64,000 bases of DNA from Okamejei kenojei (Eukaryota): contig CM069138.1 of NCBI GenBank assembly GCA_035221665.1, positions 73,904,001 to 73,968,000 on the forward strand, in the 5' to 3' direction. Under the pieces are notes generated by a model. It did not search any database. It saw only the letters and a program-made list of their open reading frames with translations, and was not told where the DNA came from. Within the stretch, counting starts at the first letter, position 1, and the number at the start of each line of letters is the position of its first letter. Shown one piece after another: positions 53,395-64,000 of this stretch. A program made the position numbers and the translations under genes.

Positions 53395-53915
53395 GGCCAT
53401 AGGCATGGAAACCAGCTCTCAGCCCAACTCCATCCAAAATGTCCCATCTTCTCTCATCTCATTTGGCTCATATCCCTCTGAAGCTTTCCTATCCATGTAC
53501 CTATCCAAATGTATTTTAAATGTGTTAAAGTATCTGCCTTGACTATTTCGTTTGGCAGCTCATTCCATATACCCACCAATTCTGAGGGAAAAGGTTGCCA
53601 CACAGGTTCCTAATAAGTCTTTCCTCTCTCATCTGAACCCCATGCCCTCTAGTCTTGACTCCTCTGCCTTGGGGAAAAGACTATATTCACCCTATTTATT
53701 GTCTTCAAGATTTTATGCACCTCTACAAGATCATCCCTCAGCTTGCTACGCTCCAAGGAATAAAGCCTTGGCCTCCCCAAACTTTCCCAAAAGCTTAGAC
53801 CCTTGAGCGCTGGTAGCATCCACAGAAATCTTATCAACACTCTTTCAAGCTTATTGGCATTCTTCCTATAGCAAAGTAACCAAAACTGAACACAATACTC
53901 CAATTGCAGCCTTAT
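53395..53915 (-). mobile_element. CR1 LINE 3' fragment
   Basis: LEYCVQFW...LYSLER..LRDDLVEVHKIL. Confidence 0.85.
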
Positions 53916-53994
53916 CAGTTGAGACAGAAGCTTGCATGCAGCTCCTCTAACCTTATCTACTGCATCCAATATTCCTGATGTGACCTTCTAAACC

Positions 53995-54632
53995 CGCTAG
54001 ACCAAGAGTAGACTCGGCAACCATTTTGCCGAACGCTTATGCTTGGTCTGCCAAGGTCTACTTGATCTCCCAGTTGCTAACCATTTTAACTCTTCCTATT
54101 CCCATATTGACCTTTCTGCCCCGGGTCTCCTCCATTGCTAAACTAAGGCCACAAGCATACTGGAGCTACAGCACCTCTTTTCCTGCTTGGGAAACGTACA
54201 ACCCTCTTAGGACCAGCGGAATCAAGGGGTATGGGGAGTGGGAAGGAACAGGGTACTGATTGTGGATGATCAGCCATGAACACATTGAATAACGGTGCTG
54301 GCTCAAAGGGCCAAATGGCCAACTCCTGCACCTATTGTCTATGTGTCTATGTATCTATGTAACCCAATGGTATGAACATTACTCCAGTATCTTGTGTCTA
54401 TCTTCAGTATGAACATCAAATTCTCCAATTTCTCTAGTTTTCCAATACTCCCTCCTTTTCCCCCTCCCACTTTCCCTGACCCCCTGTTTCCCGTGGCCCA
54501 CCTGCACTTACACCCGTTTCTCCCCTCCTTCCCCCTTTCCACCTACATTCCCTCCTCTAGCTTCACAATTCACAACCTTTCTCACACCTTTTGTCTTTTA
54601 ATCTCTGCCTAACCATCTGCAGTTCCTAGTTT
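53995..54632 (+). mobile_element. Penelope-like element 3' part (GIY-YIG C-terminus), interrupted by a CR1 tail at 54205-54360
   Basis: TKSRLGNHFAE, PVANHFN and LELQHLFSCLG; AACCC is duplicated either side of the CR1 tail. Confidence 0.7.
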
Positions 54633-54871
54633 CTCCAATGAAATCATGAGCTTGGCATCCTTAGGATCATTATAACTATATACCGGGTGGCGCTTGGATT
54701 GCAGCTTCGATTACACTGTCTGTCCTTTCGTCTTTTTTTTGTTATTTTTAGTGTGTTTAAAAAGTATTTGCTAATGTTCTCTGGTTTGTTTTGGGGTGGG
54801 GGCGGGGGTTGGGGGAAACTTGTTTTCAATCTCTTACCTTGCCGGTGATGCGATTGTTTTCCAGGTCGTAT

Positions 54872-55235
54872 GGGGACGTTTCGGGTGTTGGGGAACTGGA
54901 GAAGCAAGTGGATGACCTCAGGTTCGTCTGAGAATATTCTGCAGCGTGACTTTAGAGAGCTCGGAAAAATGCTGAAAAGCAGGACCTCCAGGGTTGTTAT
55001 CTCCGGTTTGCTTCCAGTTCCTCGTGCTGGCGAGAGCAGGAACAGGGAGATACAGGGCCTGAATGTGTGGCTGAGTAACTACTGCAGGGGGCAGGGATTT
55101 AAATTCTTAGATCACTGGGATCTGTTTTGGAGTAAGGGCGAACTGTACAAAAGGGACGGATTACATCTTAACAGGTGGGGGACCCGCATTCTGGCAGGCA
55201 GGTTTGCCACTGCTACACTGGTGGTTTTAAACTGA
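54872..55235 (+). pseudogene. CR1 ORF1 C-terminal SGNH esterase-like domain
   Basis: VVISGLLPVP, LNVWL and YKRDGLHLN (DxxH). Confidence 0.9.
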
Positions 55236-55394
55236 ATAAGGGGGGGTGGGGTGTCAAATGGGATAGTCGAGGATGTAGTTAAAGGGAAAGAGAGTAAAGG
55301 GATGGTTAATGACCCCAGAATTAATGGGAAAGGAAGCTCACAATGGCATAGGAGATTATGGCCAAGTGTAATAGGGATCGATGTGAAAGGTGAG

Positions 55395-57700
55395 ATGCAT
55401 AAGGAATTAAAAGTATTGTATATGAATGCAAGAAGTATAAGAAGTAAAGTAGATGAGCTTGAGGCTCAGTTAGAGGTTGGTAGATATGACATTGTGGGGA
55501 TTACTGAGATATGCCTGCAAGAGGATCGGGCCTGGGAACTTAATATTCAAGATTATACATCCTATAGAAAGGACAGGCAGGTGGGCAGAGGAGGGGGGGG
55601 GGGGGGGGGGGGTGTAGCTCTGTTGGTGAGGGATGGAATTCAATCCCGTGCGAGGGAAGACATAGGGACTGACAAGGTAGAGTCACTGTGGATTGCGTGG
55701 AGGAATTGTAAAGGCAAGAAGACACTAATTGGTGTTATCTACAGAACCCCAAATAGTAGCCCGGATGTAGGGTGTCAGTTGCAACAGGAGTTAAAACTGG
55801 CATGTAACAAAGATAATGCCACTGTGGTGATGGGGGATTTCAATATGCAGGTAGACTGGGAAAATCAGGTTGGTTCAGGACCCCAAGAAATATAGTTTGT
55901 CAAATGCCTCCGAGATGGATTCTTAGAGCTGACCAGAGAAAAGGCGATTCTGGATTTAGTGTTGTCCAATTAACCAGATATGATAAGAGACCTTGAGGTA
56001 AAGGAACCGCTTGGAGGTAGTGATCATAATATGAATTTGAGAAGGAGAACGTTAAATCGGAAGTGGCAGTGATGCAGTTGAACAAAGGGGACTATGAAGG
56101 CATGAGAGGGGAGCTGGCCAAAGTAGACTGAAAAGGGATCCTAGTAGGAATGACAGTGGAACAGCAATGGCAGGAATTTCTGGGCATAATCTGGAAGTCG
56201 CAGGATCATTTCATTCCAAAAAGGAAGAAAGATTCTAAGGGGAGTAGGAGGCAACCATGGCTGACAAGAAAAGTTAGGGAAGCTGGCCAGGAATATAAAG
56301 GAGGACAGTAAAAGCTTCTTCAGATATGTTAAGGGAAAAAGAGTAGCAAAGTCAAATGTGGGTCCCTTGAAGGCAGTCATGGGTGAAATTATTATGGGCA
56401 ACAAGGAAATGGCAGAAGAGTTGAATAGGTACTTCGGATCTGCTTCAGTAAGGAGGACACAAACAATCTCCCAGATGTACTGGAGGACAGAGGATCTAAG
56501 GGGGTAGAGGAACTGAAAGAAATTTTCATTAGGCGAGAAATGGTATTGGGTAGGCTAATGCGACTGAAGGATGATAAATCCCCTGGGCCTGATGGTCTGC
56601 ATCCCAGGAGATCAGTTCCTGTGTATTGGAGGATAGCTAATGTTATCCCACTTTTCAAGAAAGGAGCAAGAGTGAAAACAGGGAATTACAGACCAGTCAG
56701 CCTGACTTCGGTGGTGGGAAAGATTATTAAAGAGGTAATAATGGGGCATTTGGATAGCAGTAAAAGGATTAGTCCAAATCAACATGGATTTATGAAAGGG
56801 AAATCATGCTTGACTAATCTTCTGAAATTTTTTGAGGATGTGACAAGTAAAATGGATGAAGGGGTGCCAGTGGTTGTAGTGTATCTAGACTTTCAGAAAG
56901 CCTTTGATAAGGTCCCGCATGGGAAACTGGTGACTAAAATTAGATCACATGGTATTGGGGGTAGGGTGTTGACATGGATAGAAAATTGGTTGGCAGACCA
57001 GAAGCAAAGAGTAGGAGTGAACGGGTCCTTTTCAGAATGGCAGGCAGTGGCGAGTGGAGTGCCGCAAGGCTCGGTGTTGGGGCCGCAACTGTTTACCATA
57101 TATATTAATGATTTGGAAGAGGGAATTAGGAGCAACACTAGCAAGTTTGCGGATGACACAAAGCTGGGTGGCAGTGTGAACTGTGAAGAGGATGTTAGGA
57201 GGTTGCAGGGTGACCTGGACAGGTTGAGTGAGTGGGCAGATGCGTGGCAGATGCAGTATAATATAGATAAATGTGAGGTTATCCACTTTGGTGGCAAAAA
57301 CAAGGGGGTAGATTATTATCTCAATGGGGTTAGGTTAGGTAAGGGGGAGGTACAGCGAGACCTGGGTGTCCTTGTACACCGGTCACTGAAAGTTGGTGTG
57401 TAGGTACAGCAGGCAGTGAAGAAAGCTAATGGAATGTTGGCCTTCATAACAAGAGCATTTCAGTATAGGAGTAAAGAGGTTCTTCTGCAGTTGTATAGGG
57501 CTCTGGTGAGACCACATCTGGAGTATTGTGTACAGTTTTGGTCTCCTAATTCAAGGTCATCCTTGAGATTGAGGCAGTGCAGCTTAGGTTCACGAGATTG
57601 ATCCCTGGGATAGCAGGACTGTCATATGAGGAAAGATTGAAAAGACTAGGCTTGTATTCACAGGAGTTTAGAAGGATGAGGGGATATCTTTTAGAAACAT
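55395..57700 (+). pseudogene. CR1 ORF2 (APE + RT), disrupted; resumes at 59295
   Basis: YMNARS, GITE, MGDFN, SDHN; NYRPVSLTS, YLDFQKAFDKVPH, GVPQGSVLGP, KFADDTK. Confidence 0.95.
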
Positions 57701-57701
57701 A

Positions 57702-59294
57702 CAATGGCTTGCAAAAGTATTCATACCCCTTGGACTTTTCCACATTTTGTCACATTACAACCACAAACGTAAATGTATTTTATGGGGATTTTATGTGATA
57801 GACCAACACAAAGTGGCGCATAATTGTGAAGTGGAAGGAAAATGATACATGGTTTTCAAATATTTTTACAAATAAAAAACTGAAAAGTGTGGCTTGCAGA
57901 AGTATTCAGCCCCCTTTACTCTGATACCCTAAATAAAATCCAGTGCAACCAATCTCTGAAGAAGTCACCTAATTAGTAAATAAAGTCCACTTGTGTGTAA
58001 TCTAATCTCAGTATAAATACAGCTGTTCTGTGAAGGCCTCAGAGGTTTGTTAGAGAACATTAGTGAACAAACAGCATCATGAAGCCCAAGGAACACACCA
58101 GACAGGTCAGGGATAAAGTTGTGGAGAAGTTTAAAGCAGGGTTAGGTTATAAAAAAATATCCCAAGCTTTGAACATCTCACAGAGCATTGTTCAATCCAT
58201 CATCCGAAAATGGAAAGAGTATGGCACAACTGCAAACCTACCAAGACATGGCCGTCCACCTAAACTGACAGGCCGGGCAAGGAGAGCATTGATTAGAGAA
58301 GCAGCCAAGAGGCCCATGGTAACTCTGGAGGAGCTGCAGAGATCCACAGCTCAGGTGGAAGAATCTGTTCACATGACAACTATTAGTCGTGCACTCCACA
58401 AATCGAGCCTTTATGGAAGAGTGGCAAGAAGAAAACCATTGTTGAAACAAAGCCATAAGAAATCCCGTTTGTAGTTTGCCACAAGCCATGTGGGGGACAC
58501 AGCAAACATGTGGAGGAAGGTGCTCTGGTCTGATGAGACCAAAATTGAAGTTTTTGGCCTAAATGCAAATCGCTATGTGTGGCGGAAAACTAACACTGCA
58601 CATCACCCTGAACACACCATCCCCACTGTGAAACATGGTGGTGGCAGCATCATGCTGTTGGGATGCTTTTCTTCAGCAGGGACAGGGAAGCTGGTCAGAG
58701 TTGATGGGAAGATGGATGGAGCCAAATACAGAGCAATCTTGGAAGAAAACCTGTTAGAGTCTGCAAAAGACTTGAGACTGGGCGGAGGTTCACCTTCCAG
58801 CATGGACAATGACCCTAAACATACAGCCAGAGTACAATGGAATGGTTTAGATCAAAGCATATTCATGTGTTAGAATGGCCCAGTCAGCCCAGACCTAAAT
58901 CCAATTGAGAATCTCTGGCAAGACGTGAAAATTGCTGTTCACAGACACTCTCCATCCAATCTGACTGAGCTTGAGCTATTTTGCAAAGAAGAATGGGCAA
59001 AAATTTCAGTCTCTAGATGTGCAAAGCTGGTAGAGACATACCCCAAAAGACTTGCAGCTGTAATTGCAGCGAAAGGTGGTTCTACAAAGTATTGACTCAG
59101 GGGGGCAGAATACTTTTGCACGCCACACTTTTTAGTTTTTTATTTGTAATAAAATTTGGAAACCATGTATCATTTTCCTTCCACTTCACAATTATGCACC
59201 AGTTTATGTTGGTCTACACATAAAATCCCAATAAAATACATGTACGTTTGTGGTTGTAACGTGACAAAATGTGGAAAACGTTTGCAAGCCACTG
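57702..59294 (+). mobile_element. Tc1/mariner DNA transposon with long IR/DR ends
   Basis: TA|CAATGGCTTGCAAA ... TTTGCAAGCCACTG|TA. TIRs of about 200 bp with inner repeats at about 57887-57914 and 59100-59128. Confidence 0.97.
58079..59095 (+). pseudogene. Tc1 transposase (HTH + DDE), inactivated
   Basis: GRPPK, WSDETK, DNDPKH, PDLNPIENLW, KGGSTKY*. TAG at 58472 and later frameshifts. Confidence 0.96.
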
Positions 59295-61379
59295 TATAAA
59301 ATAATAAAAGGACTGGACAAGCTAGATGCAGGAAAAATGTTCCCAATGTTGGGTGAATCCAGAACCAGGGGCCACAGTCTTAGAATAAAGGGGAGGTCAT
59401 TTGAGACTGAGGTGAGAAAAAAACGTTTTTACCCAGAGAGTTGTGAATTTATGGAATTCCCTGTCACAGAGGGCAGTGGAGGCCAAATCACTGGATGGAT
59501 TTAAGAGAGTGTTGGATGGAGCTCTAGGGGCTAGTGGAGCCAAGGGATATGGGGAGAAGGCAGGCACGGGTTATTGATAGCGGACGATCAGCCATGATCA
59601 CAATGAATGGCGGTGCTGGCTCGAAAGGCCGAATGGCCTCCTCCTGCACCTATTTTCTATGTTTCTATGTTTCTATGTATCTCCGGTTGCTCTGCGGCCT
59701 AACATCATGGAGCTGGAGGCCTTGCTCAGGATTGTCTTTCAGCCCCACGGCGGGGCGTGGACTTACCATCAGAGCTGATTGCTGGCCTGAGATCGACGCA
59801 CCAACCGCGACCTGAGGACTTTAACATTAAGGAGCTCGCAGCCTCGGGTAGAGACCATAGATGTCGGGAGCTCCAAAACCCGCATGACATTCGACTAGCT
59901 CTGACCTGGGGTAGATCGTCTGGTGCGGAACAACTGAGCTTCCCCCCTGATGCAGGAGCTCGATCGCCCCGACGAGGAGGCCTGCCGCCGGCTACGGGAG
60001 TATGATCGTCCCGTCAACGGAAGGCTAGAGGCCCCCGACTGCTGGAGGACAAAGAAGGGAGAGATTGAACTTTTTTTCACCTTCCATCACAGTGAGGAAT
60101 GTGGAGGAGTCACTGTGGTGGATGTTTATGTTAAAATGTATTTTGTATGTTCTGTTGCTTTTTATTGGTATGACTGTATGATAAATCAAATTCCTTGTAA
60201 AGTTGTAAAACATACTTCGCTAATAAAGTATGATTCATTATTATGATTATATAAAGGATGTGGAGCAGCCAACTGACCTTTCGCAGGTCACAAATGATCA
60301 AAGGCCCAGGTTCACTTAATCTAAACCAGAATCATATTGGCAAAAAATAATCAATGAAAGAGATAAGAAAAGTGAATTGTAAGCAGATATTTGACAATAT
60401 TTCTGTACAGGATAAATGGAACAAATACAAAATAATAATAGTGACATAAGAAACTGTAGATGCAGGAATCTTGAGCAAAAAACAAGGTCTTGAACAAACT
60501 CGGCAGATCAGGCAGCAACATGAGAGAGAGAATGGGCAGACGAAGGGTCCTAACCCGTTGAGTTACTTCAGCCTTTTGTGTCTGTATCCTGTATCCTGAT
60601 TATACTAGTCAGTTACAAATATTAGAACATTTATGGCGATGACAAATCCTTCAACAGCAGTTCCATTTAAAACAATTCAATTTACAGAAATGAAAGTGAG
60701 GGTTAGCTGTGCAGTACTGCACAGCAAATATCCATGCGGCTTCTGACTACAATTATCCTGCATGATCTAGCCCCTTGGACACAGAGGAAGGAACAACCTA
60801 AGTGGCTTATGGTAAACTCTACAATATCTGATTGTTCTTCAGAAATCATTACTAATTAAACTCAAGGCAGTGGGGATTTTGGACCAAACTTCCACTGCAT
60901 ATTGAGAATTTGTTTAAGGCCAATAAAACAGGCAGAGAGCCAAAAGATTTCTAGGCCATCAGCTTCACCCCGTCTCCATTAATTAGGGGGTTGAAAGGCC
61001 AAATATCCATCTGTTCAGCTAATGTCATTACTCATACACATTGGTCATATATTTCCTTCCTTGCAGGAGAGGAGAGCACAGAAACACATAGAGAGGCCGA
61101 GAACCAAAGCCCACCCTTCAGCCCTTTCACATGAGGACGTGATAGATGGAGATGGGCATATACGCTCGGCCCTGGGCTCGTTGGTCATTGGAGGTGCCAG
61201 AATTAAAGCTCATCTGCTCACCAGGCTTTCAACCCTCTCGACTTAACTTGTCTCAAGTGTGAGTGAAGTCCAAGCATGTGCAAAACAGTGATTCAAGTGT
61301 GAGTGAAGTATAAGCATGTGCAAAACAGTGATTCAAATGTTGTAAGGAGAGCAAAGATTTAAGTGGTAATGGGAGACAG

Positions 61380-62110
61380 GAGGCCAGCAAATAGAAGCAC
61401 CGGTGGGAAGGTAAAGGTTATGACTAGCAAGTCTCCAAGGAGATGTCAAGGAATCTGGTCAAACTGATGAGCTGAAGTGTTTATTTCATGCAAGGAGTAT
61501 CAAGAGGGAGGTAAAAGAGGCTGAGGAATTCCGTTACTAATATGGGAGAATATCATGGCATCACTTAGAGAGGACCTCTTGGAGGATTTGGCCGTAGTGG
61601 CAATATGGGGAGAACTTAACGCAGCCTAACCCAAGTCTTATAAATCTGCAATATGATTTCCTGACTCTAATAATGCCCAGACCGATGAATGAAGCATACC
61701 ATATGCCTTCTTTACCACTAGGCATAAGGGTTGCCCATGGTAGACTGATCCAGGAGATTAAGATGCATGGGATTCACTGTGAGTTGCGGGCAGGGAGGAC
61801 GACTGTCAAAGCAGACAGCAGCTTGTGAATCAGCTGCAGCTTGAGGCAGTGAATTAGTAGATGGATTTCAATCCGAGCTAGTGTGAGGTGCTGCACTTCA
61901 GGAGATCGAATGTAAGGGAGAAGTGGCAAGAACCTTAACAGCATTGACGTTTAGAGAGGCTTTGGGATCCAAATCCATAGTGCCCTTAAAGTGGCAACAC
62001 AAGTAGATAGCGTTGTAAAGAAGGCAATTGGTATGCTTGCCTTCATCAGTTGGGGCATTGAGTATAATAGCTAGGAAGTTTGGAAAGATGGCAGAAGAGG
62101 TCTACAAGAA
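61380..62110 (+). mobile_element. Fragmented old CR1 remnants in mixed orientation
   Basis: Decayed KVAHGRLI, GIH and CEVLHF motifs; an inverted piece continues at 62200-62480. Confidence 0.6.
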
Positions 62111-62861
62111 TGCCACCAAGTGCTGGAGTAACTCAGCGGGTCAGGCAGCATCTCTGGAGAACATGGATAGGTAGCGGTTCGGGTCAGGACCCTCACTCTA
62201 TCAACTTCTTCCTTACATTCAACCTCCCAAAGTACAACACCTCACACTTGCCCAGATTACATTCCATCTGCTATTTCTGTAGCTGATCCATAACCCACTG
62301 TCCACTTTGACAGCCTTCCTCACTGTCTACAACCACCATATTTAGTGTTGCCGTCAAACCCTACGGAACTCCACTGGTCAGACCTCCAGCCAGAATAACA
62401 TCCTTCTACCACAACACTCTGTCTTCCATGAGTAAGCCAGGTCTGAATCCAAACGACCAAGTCACCATGAATTCCTGGACCAGCCCAGGATGAGAACAGA
62501 GGAGGTGGGTTTAACTTGGCATTGTGTTCGGCAGGAACATTATTTACCAAAGAGCCTGTTTGTGTGCTCTACCTTTCTATGCTCTATTACTGTATCAACT
62601 GGACAGTTGTGTGCATTCCGCTGTGTTAGACAATGTCACACTGAGATTCTGTTACAATTTCACCAATTATCTCAGCACTTAGCTAACTTGCCCATTTTTA
62701 TTCTGTGCCTGACCAGGCCCGTATGAAGCTTTTCAAAAAGGGGGGCGGTGTGACAGAACTACAACATTTTTATGTGAAGTAAAGTGCGCACAGCGCACAT
62801 CACGAGCGTGAAGCCCCTCGCAGCCAGGGTTTTAGATGATCTCTGTTGCATTCTGAGCCTT

Positions 62862-63540
62862 ATTTTACTTCGGAGTCACGTGGTAACTCCGAAGTAAAAT
62901 AACTTCAGACGCTTTCGTGCAGACGACTGTGGAGCAGCGCAGCTCCTCTAACGGTGAGTCTAAAAAAGTTTCAGGTAAGTGCTATTTCTTACCTGTTCTA
63001 GGTTTCCTTCAGGAACCTCCGGGATTCTTGCGGGATGGTCGCGAGCCCGACGTGTGAACCAGCCTAGGGCTTTGGGGGAAAACCCTGGCCCGACCGTGGG
63101 AGCGGGGAGCTGGCGAATGTCGGGTTTGCGATCGGAGTCACTGATAACGTGGTCAGTGACTCCACATGTTGGGTTCCCGGGGAGGGGATACCCGAGAATA
63201 GTGCGGTTCCAGACCGCAGTAGTCCCTAGGGGATGGGGCTTAACGGACCTGAACGGTCAGCCTGGGTTCCCGGTGGTGGGGAAACTTAACTGTATGCGGT
63301 TCCCAGATCACAGTAGCCCCTAGGGGATGGGGCTTAACGGACCTGAACGGTCAGCCTGGGTTCCCGGTGGTGGGAAAACTCAAGTGTTTGCGGTTCCCAG
63401 ACCGCAGTAGTCCCCAAGAAATGGGGTTTAATTCAAGTAAATGAGTAACCCGGGTGCCCGGGGATTGATTCCCGGGGAGGGGAAATTCACTTATGGGGTT
63501 CCCTAACCACAATAATCCCCAGGATATGGGGACAGTTGAC
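62862..63540 (+). mobile_element. Second 5' end of the probable DIRS-like element
   Basis: Same ATTTTACTTCGGAGTCACGTG start and CAGGTAAGTG leader as 44577; CpG-rich. Right boundary uncertain. Confidence 0.5.
63168..63530. repeat. 93-94 bp tandem repeat, about 4 copies
   Basis: GCGGTTCC starts at 63203, 63296 and 63390. Confidence 0.9.
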
Positions 63541-63635
63541 AAAATAGTCAGAGTAATTAAGAAAGATTTGGTAGGTTCCCCTCTGGGAATGAATTTAGAG
63601 AAACTCCTTTAGGCAGGAGGTGGAACAGTAGTAAA

Positions 63636-63950
63636 GTTATGGCAATGGCAGCCTATGGCAGAAGCTGAGCTAGCAGCACCTTTGGGAAGGGCTGCATCAT
63701 GGGAATGCTAAGTTATGGCAGGCTAGCCTATGGGAGAGGCTGTGCCAGCAGTACCTTTGCTCAGGACTGCTCATGGGAATGCCAGGTTATGGCAGGCTAG
63801 CCTATTGGAGAGGTTATGCCAGCAGCACCTTTGCTCAGGGCTGCTTCATGAGAACGCCAAATCTATGGCAAATACTGGTCTATGGGAAAGGCACCTTTCT
63901 TCAGCGCTTTATGGGCAGCACCTTTCTTCAGGGCTGCTTTATGGGAATAG
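63636..63950. repeat. About 75-bp tandem repeat, 3 copies plus decayed partials
   Basis: GTTATGGC starts at 63636, 63712 and 63786. Confidence 0.88.
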
Positions 63951-64000
63951 CTGTTTAGTAAGGTATTCCCATTTACAGTGATCATGGGGGATGAGGGGTC

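Larger units (their letters stand above)
54872..59677 (+). mobile_element. CR1 LINE, partial ORF1 to 3' tail, with internal deletions and a Tc1 insertion
   Basis: ORF1 and ORF2 motifs, (TTTCTATG)3 tail, possible 4-bp TSD GTAT. Confidence 0.95.
54683..60250 (+). mobile_element. CpG-rich non-autonomous retroelement split by the CR1 (halves about 54683-54871 and 59678-60250)
   Basis: Both halves are CpG-rich and join at GGTCGTAT|CTCCGG. The right half ends AATAAA + (ATTATG)n-like tail. Confidence 0.55.

Noticed and set aside
61254-61337. 40-bp tandem duplication; similar small ones near 18196 and 52612
   Set aside because: Ordinary local duplications with no further structure.

Overview
Repeat-rich vertebrate DNA, not prokaryotic. 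The repeat set (HE1-type tRNA SINEs, HER/CR1 LINEs, Penelope-type termini, fish-type L1) points to a cartilaginous fish, probably a skate or ray (inference). Most long ORFs belong to decayed transposons: two L1 copies, a CR1 carrying a Tc1 insertion, Rex1/Babar, RTE, Tx1 and Penelope fragments. There is also a composite non-autonomous Helitron, three Harbinger-type MITEs and two 5' ends of a probable DIRS-like element. The unique DNA appears to hold the 3' end of an unidentified minus-strand gene: a terminal exon at 19320-~18710 plus candidate microexons and alternative exons at 25.9, 33.4, 40.6, 42.9 and 52.2 kb. A muscle-type promoter with short ATG-bearing exons sits on the plus strand at 21.3-21.9 kb. 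I could not name either gene, and the exon calls rest on splice signals and frame logic only. Many repeat boundaries are approximate.
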